The notes beneath the pieces are model-generated. The model did no database searches, was not told the origin of the DNA, and saw only the letters and a list, made by a program, of their open reading frames with translations. Below are positions 1 through 11,476 of a DNA stretch of 64,000 bases, piece by piece (positions within the stretch are counted from its first letter, which is position 1; every line of letters begins with the position of its first letter). The DNA is from Octopus vulgaris (Eukaryota). Made by a program: the position numbers and the translations under genes. The stretch covers positions 57,040,001-57,104,000 of the forward strand of contig OX597822.1 of assembly GCA_951406725.2 (NCBI GenBank), written 5' to 3'.

Positions 1-62
1 TGGTGGTGGTGGTGGTGGTGGTGGTAGTAGTGGTAGTAGTGGTGGTGGTGGTGGTGGTGCTG

Positions 63-131
<69 letters not shown>
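1..131. repeat. (GGT)n/(AGT)n trinucleotide microsatellite
   Basis: Read directly; explains the poly-Val ORF 3..203. Confidence 0.97.
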
Positions 132-290
132 TTGATAACAACATCAACTCTGTATGGAATGATCTCAAGTTATGCAGTGCAAAAGACAAAACAACTGATT
201 TAGCGTGCGGGCTATAGTAGAAAAGAGTGCTGCGACTAACTTCAAATAATAGAAAATTGCTGATTGTCAACAAAATACAATTAAGCAAAG

Positions 291-323
<33 letters not shown>

Positions 324-964
324 GAGTGAAAGAGGGGAAGAGAGAGGGACTTGGACGAACAGCGAACTGAGAAACGCTGAGGAATTATTAAAATAGAATA
401 GGGTAAGTACTGAATAAGTATGAAAGGCAAAATTGCGAGAGATAACAACAGAAGCACCATATTTATATATTTGAAGGAAACCTAAATAGTAGGAGCAGTT
501 CTATAGCGTTTGGTGTAATAATAAGATTCATACACTCAGTAAGAACTGATACAAACTATGTAACTATAAATAAACAAGGAACATAATATTATGAAGCACT
601 TCGAACTAATCTCAGGTTGAAAGAGTATATTAGCGAATTGTTCAATAAAAGAATTATAAATTAATTGATTCCTTTACCTTAGATTACATTTTTCTTCAAG
701 TTATTACAAAGTAATTAATAATCGTTACTAGCTAACCAAAAAAAAAAAAAAGCCGCAAATTTAAGGAAATAAGTTAGTTTCTTATTCTGACCCAACAAAT
801 ATATTTCAACGGCATGCGAAGAGTAAAAGGAAAACTTGAAGTTGGTGGAATTTTGAACTCAAAACAAAAAGACGGATCAAATACCGAAGAGTACTCCTCT
901 CAACTAGAACGCTCTAATTCTTCTGCCACCCCATCGCCCGGTAAAAGGCAATTAATCATTCAAA

Positions 965-1390
965 GTGATATGTGTGTGGTTAAGAACACTCATTACAACC
1001 AAATGGTCTCGGATTCAGATCGACTGCATGGCATTTCGGACAAGTGTCATGTTAGTGAATCTGATTGGCGGGAAATCTGCGGAAATTTGCCGTATACATG
1101 CATGCAACATACATACATACATACACACATACATATATATTTGCGTGTGTATGTGTGTGCGTGTGCGCTTATATGTGTCTTTGTGTTTGTTCTCCCATCA
1201 CTTGATAACCACTGTTGGTTTGTTTACGTCCAGTAACTTATCGGTTTGACCTAAGAATAAGTAAAAAAAAAAAAAGAATTAGAATAAGTAAAAAAAAACA
1301 AAAATAATTACTTGGAGTCGGATGGGTTCGATTTTTTCGACGAAACCCTTCAAAGCGGTATACTAATATGGCCACTATTCCGTTTCGTAC
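965..1390 (+). mobile_element. Degenerate tRNA-derived SINE (same family as 8243-8540)
   Basis: gtgtggttaag...caaccaaatggtctcggattcag head, and body gtgtttgttctcccatcacttgataaccactgttggtttgtttacgtcc...agaataagta, match the better-preserved copies. Confidence 0.6.
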
Positions 1391-2329
1391 AAAATATTAA
1401 TATATCAATTTCCATGTTAACAAAGAAAATTTGTCAACGTGTTGTCAACTATCTATCACAGTGCAACTGCTACTTTCATAACATTGTATATGATATATTC
1501 ACACTCGAGAGATGGTCGAATATATGTTGGCCCACGTACTTTTAAACACAAAAGCAATTAATGAAAATCACCATAAGCAGGAATTTCCTTCACCAGAAAA
1601 GAAATAATAAACCTGGAGAGAAAATTTTTCAGAAATACATTAGATTATTGTAGCCTTTTAAAAGCATGATATGTAATAAAGAATAAATTCAAAATACTGA
1701 AACTTCTGAAAAAGAAAAAAGAACAATAGCAAGAAGGCAAAATGTAAAAAAAAACAATATCCGAAATGACAGACGATATTGATAAGCATGAATATGTTTC
1801 GATAAAAATGAAAATATAATCATAAAAACAGAAAATAAGCAACTTTTTTCTCTGAAATAATGACACAGTCATTATTATGGCTTGTTCAGCTAAATATTCG
1901 TGATATTAAGCAAAGTTGGAGTAAGTAAAGAAAAGATCAGCTCAGGCTGGAAAAAGCTTGAAGTCGTTTCGAAACTGTATCAGAGTAGAGTGGATAAAGA
2001 CAGTTGCGAAACAGCACATCCAAGTCAGATAGATGAAGATTGTAGAAAACAAGGATAAAAATTGTTGCTCCAGTAACTGGTGCGATCAGCATATCGTCCC
2101 AGCTACAGGCTAAGAGATTGAAAGATTCGGGACTTGAGACACATCAGTCTGTGCTAGCCTGTATTCAGCAAGAATTTTTAAGATTCTTGAGATTTTAGTC
2201 CCTGATATTTAAATTAGTATTTAATAGCATCTGTTAACTGTCTTCACACAATCGAAATCCAAACGTGCATCCAAGATGGCATTATAGAGGAATGTTTCGA
2301 AAAAAAACTCCAGCACTAGGCAATTCTGG

Positions 2330-2628
2330 CCACTCCATCCCAGTCGGGGCAGACACGCTGACTAATCTAAAGGGGTGTCAGAAACATGTAGACAACATCC
2401 CAGGAGAACCATGCCTCAGATATCCAAAAGTTTGTGCTGACAAGTACTGCCAGCATCCTTAGAAAAAAAACCATCATGTTAAACGTCTCTCTTCTATTAC
2501 ATGAAGATATTATGCTACTCTCCAAGCTTTCAGTCATTCTGAACCATCTTTTATTCTTCATTCACCATAGGAAGCTGGGTGAGTCTCGGCAAGTGATTGT
2601 AACAAACATACAGATTAAAAATATAAAA
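2330..2628 (+). mobile_element. 3' end of an R4/Dong-like (RLE endonuclease) non-LTR retrotransposon
   Basis: Frameshifted C-terminus IPVGA..L..NLKGCQKHVDNIPGEPCL / IQKFVLTSTASILRK resembles the P.V.GA.G...QK..L..TA.ILR terminus of R4/Dong ORFs; followed by a short UTR and (GAA)n. Confidence 0.6.
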
Positions 2629-2717
2629 GAAGAAGAAGAAGAAGAAGAAGAAGAAGAAGAAGAAGAAGAAGAAGAAGAAGAAGAAGAAGAAGAAGAAGAA
2701 GAAGAAGAAGAAGAAGA
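2629..2717. repeat. (GAA)n microsatellite
   Basis: Read directly; source of the poly-Glu ORF. Confidence 0.97.
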
Positions 2718-2779
2718 AAGAAGAAGAGCAGCTCCGGGTTCATTAATAACATGGACATACTCTTAGATACCACCAAAAA

Positions 2780-3830
2780 CACCACCTAAAGCAAAACGCA
2801 TAAAATGGACTAGAGAGGATTATAGAGATGTGTTGAAAGTTTTCTATACAGCCCAACTAAATCCAAACAATAACCTCAATGTACAACGAAATACGCAGAT
2901 ATATAGACACAAATAAATTAAGTAATGTACGTAGAGACATCATTAAGAATAAAAGGTTAACTGACGCTGAAATTAACCAAATCAGGACACAAATATCCCA
3001 TGGTAGACCAGTACAGCGACAATGAAGATGAAATAGGTAACATATGCACAAAACCAAGTGTACGAGCAGTACATCCCAACGAGGAAGCTGAAGAAAGAAT
3101 AGCGAAGAACAGATATGCGGAAAAAGAGGAGAAAGTAGACCTACCTCAAGAACACCAGAATAGATATGACACAGAATTTGAGATGAATAATAAAGAGAAG
3201 ATCATAGAAGAAGAAGATATTATGAGGGAACTCAACAAGACTGAGTTTACTGACATGTTCAATAGAGAACTGCTACTAAAGCTCTCAAACAGCATGAAAA
3301 ATAGCATAATCCTGATATATAATATTGCCCTTAGACAGATCGTAAGAAATAATGGAAATGACCTAACAACATAAATAACCTCATCTATCCCGCTATTCCG
3401 AATTTTAACTGCTCAATTAGGTATCAGGGCGACACAGAAAAGGACCAGCCATGTCAAATGACTTTCTAAGTGGAAAGTAGCAATACAAAAAGAGGTCGAA
3501 TTTTTGCAGGATGTATCAGTTCTTGATGAACTTGCTAGTAGAGAAAAATGCTGGGATGAAACAATCTAGAAATATCAAGCAGAAATATAAAATTAAAGAT
3601 TTTATAAACCTCCTTGAAACCAGGGAACAAATGAAACAACGAATACAAGTGAAAGCCCAACGGCTCGGAAGGTATGGCAAAAGAATCAAATTTTATCGAC
3701 AAAACAAGGTATTCAAGAGAGATGCAAAACATTTTACAGAAAAATTGGCAAAAGCAAGATAAAAATAAAGGAGCTACCTAAAACAGAGGAAATGGAAGAG
3801 TTCTTGAAGAAGATGTGGAGGATAGAGTTC
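2780..3830 (+). mobile_element. 5' part of a decayed R4/Dong-like retrotransposon ORF (pre-RT region)
   Basis: KRIKWTREDYRDVLKVFY, NKLSNVRRDIIKNKRLTDAEI, KQRIQVKAQRLGRYGKRIKFYRQNKVFKRD and PKTEEMEEFLKKMW resemble N-terminal motifs of R4/Dong ORFs; multiple stops and frameshifts. Confidence 0.65.
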
Positions 3831-4380
3831 TATTCCAGGAAAGTGTATATTTTCTGAGAATATGCACTTTCAAGTGGTTTTCAAGCGGCTGCAAATTTGA
3901 AAAATACTTCAAAGTGCTTATTCTCAGAAAATATTCTGAATCTGCTTCACTTTCAAATTTTTAACATGTATGAGGAGAAATACGTCCGCAGGTTATTAAC
4001 CTCACGTCCCCGAGGAATGAAGAAAATGACAGAAGAATATCATCAGATTTATACAAAATTGTTTGATTAAATATCCTTCTTTTATCATTTTCTTTCTTCT
4101 TTTCTCTTTTTTCTGTCTTTTTTCCTTTCGCCTGATATAAAATTGAAACTTAAAGACTGATGATGTATTCAATCAACCTGTGGGTGCCAGCTGCTCTTGT
4201 TCATACTTTAGATTTGAATTTCTATAATTTTTATGAATTTTTGAATTTTTATCACTTTTTATTTTGAACTCGACAAATACAGGCTTGCTGTCGAAATATC
4301 GTTCAGCCAATATTGCAATCGCATCGCGCTCTTCGTCATGTCTGACTACCTTTGTGAAGAGTTATGACAGTCCTTCTAAA

Positions 4381-4437
<57 letters not shown>

Positions 4438-4677
4438 GTGGGGGAGCATCATAGCCAGTGGGGGAGCATCATAGCCAGTGGGGGAGCATCATAGCCAGTG
4501 GGGGAGCATCATAGCCAGTGGGGGAGCATCATAGCCAGTGGGGGAGCATCATAGCCAGTGGGGGAGCATCATAGCCAGTGGGGGAGCATCATAGCCAGTG
4601 AGGGAGCATCATAGCCAGTGGGGGAGCATCATAGCCAGTGGGGGAGCATCATAGTAAGTGGGGGAGCATCATAGCCA
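4438..4677. repeat. 20-bp minisatellite GTGGGGGAGCATCATAGCCA x12
   Basis: Twelve head-to-tail units, two with small variants; no spacers. Confidence 0.97.
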
Positions 4678-4994
4678 TGTGTTGAGAGGGATTCTTTGGG
4701 GTTTGAATAATTCACCTCTGGAAACATGGGTGGTTTTTTCAACATCCTTAAACAACCCTTATTCAGGGACCGTTTGAGCGGGATGGGCTACTCAACCTGA
4801 AGAAGATTCTAACTGGGCCCCACCTGCAAGGTCATGTGCTGTTTTTCTTGATATGAGATCACCATGTCGCGCACATATGGTTGTGATGCATGTGCCTGGT
4901 GTACCTTTATCAGACGGGTAGTCATGATGGGTATATTGGGCTTCGTATATTTTACCCCAGTGTCACGTTGATGGCATGAACTGCTCTCTCACTC
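4438..4994. mobile_element. Non-coding interspersed element embedded in (TAA)n
   Basis: GC-richer ~560-bp block bounded on both sides by (AAT)n (about 4384-4437 and 4995-5030); no ORF. Confidence 0.6.
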
Positions 4995-5035
<41 letters not shown>

Positions 5036-5135
5036 CAACAACAACAACAACAATAATAAATGCCCTGATGCAGTACCAGGCAGTGGCTATGCCCTATTGC
5101 AGTACCAAGCAGTGGCTCTCAAGGCTGCTGATCTA

Positions 5136-5501
5136 CGTAGAAGTTAAAATCTTGTCCGCAAATAGAATAGATGCAACGCTTAGACAAATTACGGAAGCTA
5201 CACACATAATAGAAGACAAACCTAGCCTGAATAGAAAGCTAGAATGGAACACTCGCATACATACACACCCCAACACACCACAACCTATGACATAATAAGA
5301 TCCCCATAAACTGAAAATAATATGAACATAATACAATACACAGATAAATAAATGGAATTAAATTACTATATACATAAACAAAATAAATTAAATTAATGGA
5401 AAAGAAAGAAAGAAAAGTAAGTAGATATAAACAAATGAATAAAATAAATAAAAGTAAATTAAACGAATGTGTATAATCTGGGAATACTGATAATGCAAGC
5501 A

Positions 5502-5541
<40 letters not shown>

Positions 5542-5730
5542 CGCACACACTTACTAAAAATAGACACACACAGGGATATACGCATATGTAAATAAAGGCA
5601 CATACAATAGGAATACAAAATGGCAGATCGTTAGTAAGGAGATACACACGAAAAAGAAAGAAGAAAGCAAAGGACCTCTGATGATGTCACAGAAGTGTGA
5701 CGAAAGATCTCTGGCCGAAATGCAATTAAT
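5136..5730 (+). mobile_element. Penelope-like element 3' end (GIY-YIG C-terminus plus pLTR)
   Basis: VKILSANRIDATLRQITEATHIIEDKPSLNRKLEW resembles the R.I.EA..I....P.LN terminus of PLE endonucleases; hammerhead motif downstream. Confidence 0.65.
5672..5716 (+). ncRNA. Minimal type-I hammerhead ribozyme motif (stem I decayed)
   Basis: gacct-CTGATGA-t-GTCAC-agaagt-GTGAC-GAAA-gatc-TC-tggcc: canonical core, 5-bp stem II, palindromic stem III, CUC triplet. Confidence 0.7.
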
Positions 5731-5747
5731 ATAGAATAAAGCGGAAG

Positions 5748-6129
5748 TCTTTTATTTGTTTCAGTCATTTGACTGCGGCCATGCTGGGGCACCGCCTTTA
5801 GTCGAGCAAATCGACCCCAGGACTTATTCTTTGTAAGCCTTGTACTTATTCTATCGGTCTCTTATGCTGAGCCGCTAAGTGATGGGGACGTAAACACACC
5901 AGCATCGGTTGGGTGGACAAACACAGAAACACAAACAGATACACACACACACACATACACACACACACATACACATATATATATATATATATTCACTCTG
6001 TTCACTCACAAGGCCCTGGTCGGCCCGAGGCTATAGTAGAAGACGCTTGCCCAAGGTGCCACGCAGTAGGACTGAACCCGGAACCATGTGGTTGGTAAGC
6101 AAGCTACTTACCATACAGCCACTCCTGCG

Positions 6130-6130
<1 letters not shown>
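5748..6130 (-). mobile_element. tRNA-derived SINE
   Basis: Reverse complement begins gcgcaggagtggctgtatggtaagtagcttgcttaccaaccacatggttccgggttcagtcc (A/B boxes) and ends catggccgcagtcaaatgactgaaacaa, as in the 57319-57675 copy. Confidence 0.9.
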
Positions 6131-6206
<76 letters not shown>

Positions 6207-6226
6207 ATATATACATATATATATGT

Positions 6227-6257
<31 letters not shown>

Positions 6258-6269
6258 GTCAAAGATTTC

Positions 6270-6344
<75 letters not shown>

Positions 6345-6424
6345 TAAGGATATAATCATTAAAATGATTAGCAGCGTTTAAAAAGTCATCATATCGGTAA
6401 AATTAATTTTATAACTATATAATA

Positions 6425-7085
6425 ATAAAATATAATTATAATTAAGGGATCTGGAATGTCAGCGCCTATACTCTACAAGTAGATATGAAATACCTACAAT
6501 CCCCTCTAAATAAGTTCTCTCTTTATAACCCTTCTGGGCAAGAAGATTTACAAAATTTCGGATAATCCTATATCATAGGATTTCATGCTCTGCAATACAG
6601 ATTTGCTTTGCAATCCTCACTAGAAATACACCGATAAACATGTAAATGATTATATTCTTAATTTATAAGTATATATAATATTTGAGTTCTCTAGTCATTA
6701 CATTATGCTGCGGGGCGGTATTTACCCCGTATGATTTCTGACATTAACCACATGGTCGAGATTGGCTATTAGATAGAATGTATACGCGGGAAATGCATCT
6801 ATATATTGCTATCTACGAATAGATTTATCGGTATGTATATGCATTTCTTGTTTATAGGTTTATCGGTGTATTTCTAGTGAAGATTGTAAAGTAATTTCTA
6901 TTGCAGAGCATGAAATCTTAAGATATAGGACTATCCGAAGTTTTGTAAATCTTCTTGCCCAATACATCACATCCGACCTAAGGTTATAAACTAATTTAGA
7001 GTGGATTGTGGGTATTTGACATCTACTTTTAGCGTATAGGCGCTGGCATTCCAGAGCCCTTAATTATAATTATATTTTATAATTA
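6425..7085. repeat. Imperfect inverted repeat (~210-230-bp arms) between (TA)n tracts
   Basis: 6425-6638 (aattataattaaggg...ctagaaatacaccgataaac) is the reverse complement of 6859-7085 (gtttatcggtgtatttctag...cccttaattataatt). Confidence 0.85.
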
Positions 7086-7102
7086 TATACTTATATATAT
7101 AT

Positions 7103-7162
<60 letters not shown>

Positions 7163-7432
7163 TGGCGAATACTCGTTATAAATATCACCACCAGTGGCCT
7201 AGCATGTATAAAAAGTCAATAGACAACATATTCGTATTTCAAAATAGAAAATTACCCTTTAACAAGTAATTTTTACATGCTAGAAATAGAAGCCAATTCG
7301 AAACCATGGTATAACCGTTATATAACAAGGTATAGGTTTTTATTTTTCATTTACTTCGAAATTTGCTATAAAATTGTGGTTTTTAGCCGTGTTTGGCTGC
7401 TATTTCTAGCATGTAAAAGTTACCTGTTATAC

Positions 7433-7471
<39 letters not shown>

Positions 7472-8242
7472 CACGCACACACACATACACACCTACGTAG
7501 GGATATCTATATATTTGTATATATGACTATACGGCTATATATGTACGTGAGTTGGTGTCCATGCGAATGTGGGGATGTCCTGATGTTCTCATATATGTAT
7601 GTATACAACCTAGATGAAGGACATGTAAGCGTATGTACAGTGTTAATTCATATATTAAAATATTATATTCGAATGGATAAGTCTTATATGTACGCTTCTG
7701 TTCTAAGGTCGAAAGAATGACAGATGTTCAAACTTCCCTAACCCTTGATTTGGCGTTTTATCTGAACCAAGCTCTTGAGTATATTCTTTGCTTTGTTTTG
7801 TTATTTTTTTTCTTTTATACGACCATGCTCCCTACTGAACGGTCAGAACTATGAACTAATTAAGATAACAACTTGAAATATAGAATGGATTTAATCTAGT
7901 TGCCTTCCGTGTATCTACCTCACTTTCTCTATAATTTCTATTGTACTTTCTCAAAATGTCAGTTGTTTCACCAAGGCAGTTGGTGAACTTGTCATCTTCT
8001 GTTCCTATCTTCCTGGTTTATGTGTTTAAAATGTACTTAATGATGGCGGAGTTTTGTGATGATGTAATCTAAGAATGCATCAATAAACTGCTACCGAAAT
8101 AGATATTATGAGAATTGAATCCCACTTCTGTTGTTCTTTTATATATATATATATTTATAGATATATATGCGCGTTATGTCTATGTTTCTTTATATTCATT
8201 ATATAAGTGCATGTGCATTATATATATTCCTTATATACATAT

Positions 8243-8540
8243 AGGCGTAGGAGTGGTTGTGTGGTAAGTAGCTTGCTTACCAACCTCATGGTTCCGGATT
8301 TTTAGTCCCACTGCGTGGCACCTTGGGCAAGTATCTTCTACTATAGCCTCGGGCCGACCAAAGCCTTGTGAGTCGATTGGTAGTCAGAAACTGAAAGAAG
8401 CCCATCGTATATATGTATATATATATATGTGCGTGTGTGTGTGTGTGTGTTTGCATGTCTGTGTTTGTCCCCCCAACATCGCTTGACAACCGATGCTGGT
8501 GTGTTTGCGTCCCCGTAACCTAGCGTACTCAGTGAACCGA
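8243..8540 (+). mobile_element. tRNA-derived SINE, 3' part decayed
   Basis: ggcgtaggagtggttgtgtggtaagtagcttgcttaccaacc...cccactgcgtggcaccttgggcaagt...gaaactgaaagaagccc. Confidence 0.88.
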
Positions 8541-9481
8541 GAAAATATGTGCAAAGTAATGAATCTATGGTTGTATTTAACATATATTACAGTTTTTCGT
8601 ATATGAGTTCTGTAACATTGGGAAACCATATTATAATTATATATTCCCAAAATAATAGTTTGGTTCACAAATAGCCATAAGTACACAAATCAGCGAGAAT
8701 TAAAACAATGATATACAACACTTTCCGAATGATTTCAACATGAATATGCAAATCGGTGATGTATTTATCCTTTAGAGAACACCTTTCAGCTGATGTGTTG
8801 ACAGCACACTCGATGCAGCAACGCAGAGCACTTTGATACACCAGCGTTTCGACTTCACTGTGACTCCTCTGTCACAGCTACTCTTGGAACTTTGAAATAC
8901 GGTTCTTGTTAAGAAAATTAAGAAAATACACACTGAATAGAGAAGTTGTTTTCTGAAAGCGATATACAACAATGATTAGGATATACATGATCAAACCTGC
9001 CGAAGGGTGTTAAGAACGGATACGCTCATCATCGTTTTGATTCTTGCTATTTAATGTGCTTAAGACTGTAAATAAAAAATTCTAGAAATAATGTTGAGAC
9101 AAAATTAGAAGGGGTGAGAAGGTACAAAGTATTGATGATTATAACATTTGGAAAAAGGAAAACTAAGCTCACAAAGGAAAGTTCTAAACTTGGAGCCAAA
9201 GTCAATATGGGTTATGACCGGTGAAAAATAGAAATGAGATGTCAAAAACATGGCAGTCACAAACAGAAATTAAAAGGATGCTTTGAGCCACCCCTATCAC
9301 AAAATTTCATTGCCCATTTGCTGATGCCGTCCCAATTCACGTCATAAGTGACTGGATCACATTTGATTGACACATCGTAAAAGGAGACCAAGTTTTATGT
9401 ATGTATGTATGTATGTATGTATGTATGTATGTATGTATGTATGTATGTATGTATGTACGTATGTATATATGTATGTATGCA

Positions 9482-9538
<57 letters not shown>

Positions 9539-9576
9539 GTATAATACACATACACACATATACATATGTGTGTGTG

Positions 9577-9880
9577 AAGGCGCGTGGCTTAGTGGTTAGG
9601 GCATTCGGCTTACGATCGTAAGGTCGTGAGTTCAATTCCCGACAATATGACATTTGAGTAAGACACTTCATTTCACGTTGCTCCAGTCCAACAGCTGCCA
9701 AAAATGAGTAGTACCTGTATTTCAAAGTGCTAGCCTAGTCACACTCTGTATCACGCTGAATCTCCCTGAGAACTACGTTAAGGGTACATGTGTCTGTGAA
9801 ATGCTCAGCCACTTGCACGTTAATTTCACGAGCAAGCTGTTCCTTTGATCGTATCAGCTGGGACCCACGTCGTCGTAACT
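9577..9880 (+). mobile_element. Second tRNA-derived SINE family
   Basis: A box tggcttagtgg, B box gagttcaattcc, then a non-tRNA body; the body is repeated at 11046-11288. Confidence 0.8.
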
Positions 9881-9917
9881 GTATGTATCAAAAGAAAAAC
9901 AAGACGCAAAGGATTTT

Positions 9918-10010
9918 GCGGTACATATGTTTCGGGCTTTATTGAACAACTAATTCTTATATCAATGCATAGTTGATACAACAGATAGATCAAAAGCCTT
10001 CTTCAGTCGC
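9918..10010 (-). ncRNA. Type-I hammerhead motif with long stem II
   Basis: Minus strand gcga-CTGAAGA-a-GGCTTT...~50 nt...AAAGCC-c-GAAA-catatg-TA-ccgc; GUA triplet. Confidence 0.7.
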
Positions 10011-10679
10011 GTACAATTACCACACAAAAGACATGTATCACATTATAACAGATTTGAGAAAGAGCTTGAGATAAAACCGAGTTTCATTGGGAAAGTAAAT
10101 CCTCATAGGCTTACATGGTATTGCGAGACTCCAAAACAAATCGTCCATACCGTTTCTTCACTGCATATATACATACGTATACGTACATACTTACATGACA
10201 TGTATACGTATATACATATGCATATGTGGGCACAGGACGTCACAAAACGTAAACAACAAAAATACGAAGTACGAGGACATGGCATATGAACTTTATTTGC
10301 GAACAACGAAACAAAACAAGACAATCAACAGAAAGAACGACCCTTCATCAGTCGTCGACTGTTTTTCTAATCCGTATTTCGAGCAATTCACGACAAGATA
10401 CGCATTCGATAAAACAGTCGCTCCCGCAAAGCAAATTAAATAAAATTTGGGATTTTGTGGAGGGTCAAATTTGGTGACACAAACAGGACAGGGAAAACAA
10501 ACAGGAAGGGCTGATAAGTCTATACGAGGGTGTGGTGGCGATCGTGAAGAAACAAGCTTGGACAGGAGATAGACAAGAATACGCCTTCTTTGTCCAGCTG
10601 CAACAGGAAGAAAGAATGAAACACAAGTTAGGAGAAGAAAGAAAAATGGCCGATGGTCACGTGGGAGCCATGTGAGCAA

Positions 10680-11045
10680 AGGAGGAAGAGTGAGGGAGAG
10701 AGAGTGACAGACCGAGAACTGTGAAGGGGAAAGGAAAAGATTTGAAGATAGGATAAGAGAGAAAAAAGAGAGGGAGAAGGGGAGGTAAAAGAATAAAAGA
10801 AAGAAAGAGAGAATGCGAAAGGATAAAAGGATAGAATAGTGAGAGAATAGGGGGTAAAAGAATAAGAGAAAGGAAGGGAGAAAACGAAAGAGTAAAAGGA
10901 TAGATTAGTGGGGGAAAAGGAGGTAAAAGTATAAGAGAAAGGAAGGGAGAAAACGAAGGAGTAAGAGGATATAATAGTGGGAAAAGAGGAGGTAAAAAAT
11001 TAGAGAAAGGAAGAGAGAAAAGAAAGGGTAAAGGATAGAGTAAAA
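10680..11045. repeat. Purine-rich degenerate ~57-60-bp subrepeats (also 12145-12610)
   Basis: Recurring ggaggtaaaag..taagagaaaggaagggagaaaacgaaag units. Confidence 0.8.
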
Positions 11046-11286
11046 TGAGCAAGACACTTCATTTCACGTTGCTCCAGTCCAACAGCTGCCAAAAATGAGT
11101 AGTACCTGTATTTCAAAGTGCTAGCCTAGTCACACTCTGTATCACACTGAATCTCCCTGAGAACTACGTTAAGGGTACACGTGTCTGTGGAATGCTCAGC
11201 CACTTGCACGTTAATTTCACGAACAAGCTGTACCTTTGATCGTATCAGCTGGGACCCACGTCGTCGTAACCGACGGAGTGCTCCTG

Positions 11287-11356
<70 letters not shown>

Positions 11357-11383
11357 AAAGAAAAACAGGACGCAAAGGATTTT

Positions 11384-11476
11384 GCGGCACATATGTTTCG
11401 GGCTTTATTGAACAACTAATTCTTATATCAATGCATAGTTGATACAACAGATAGATCAAAAGCCTTCTTCAGTCGC
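11384..11476 (-). ncRNA. Duplicate hammerhead motif with GUG at the cleavage site
   Basis: Same as 9918-10010 except GAAA-catatg-TG. Confidence 0.6.

Noticed and set aside
4150-4310. CTGATGA...GAAA as another hammerhead or C/D snoRNA
   Set aside because: I could not pair stem I or close stem II next to a GAAA, and found no convincing box C/D terminal stem
4438-4677. CRISPR-like repeat array
   Set aside because: Units abut directly with no unique spacers, there are no cas genes, and the context is eukaryotic; it is a minisatellite
8772-8972. Possible host exon in non-repetitive, GC-richer sequence
   Set aside because: No recognisable domain in any frame and no consistent splice-site pair; cannot be supported without RNA data
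9577-9650. tRNA gene
   Set aside because: A/B boxes are present but the acceptor stem is not, and the sequence continues into a SINE body; the same applies to the heads at 8243 and 52226, and the 59745 segment also lacks a proper acceptor stem
10335-10360. Second hammerhead in the duplicated unit (minus-strand CTGATGAaggg)
   Set aside because: No matching ccc-GAAA-stem III-NUH found downstream; at best a truncated remnant
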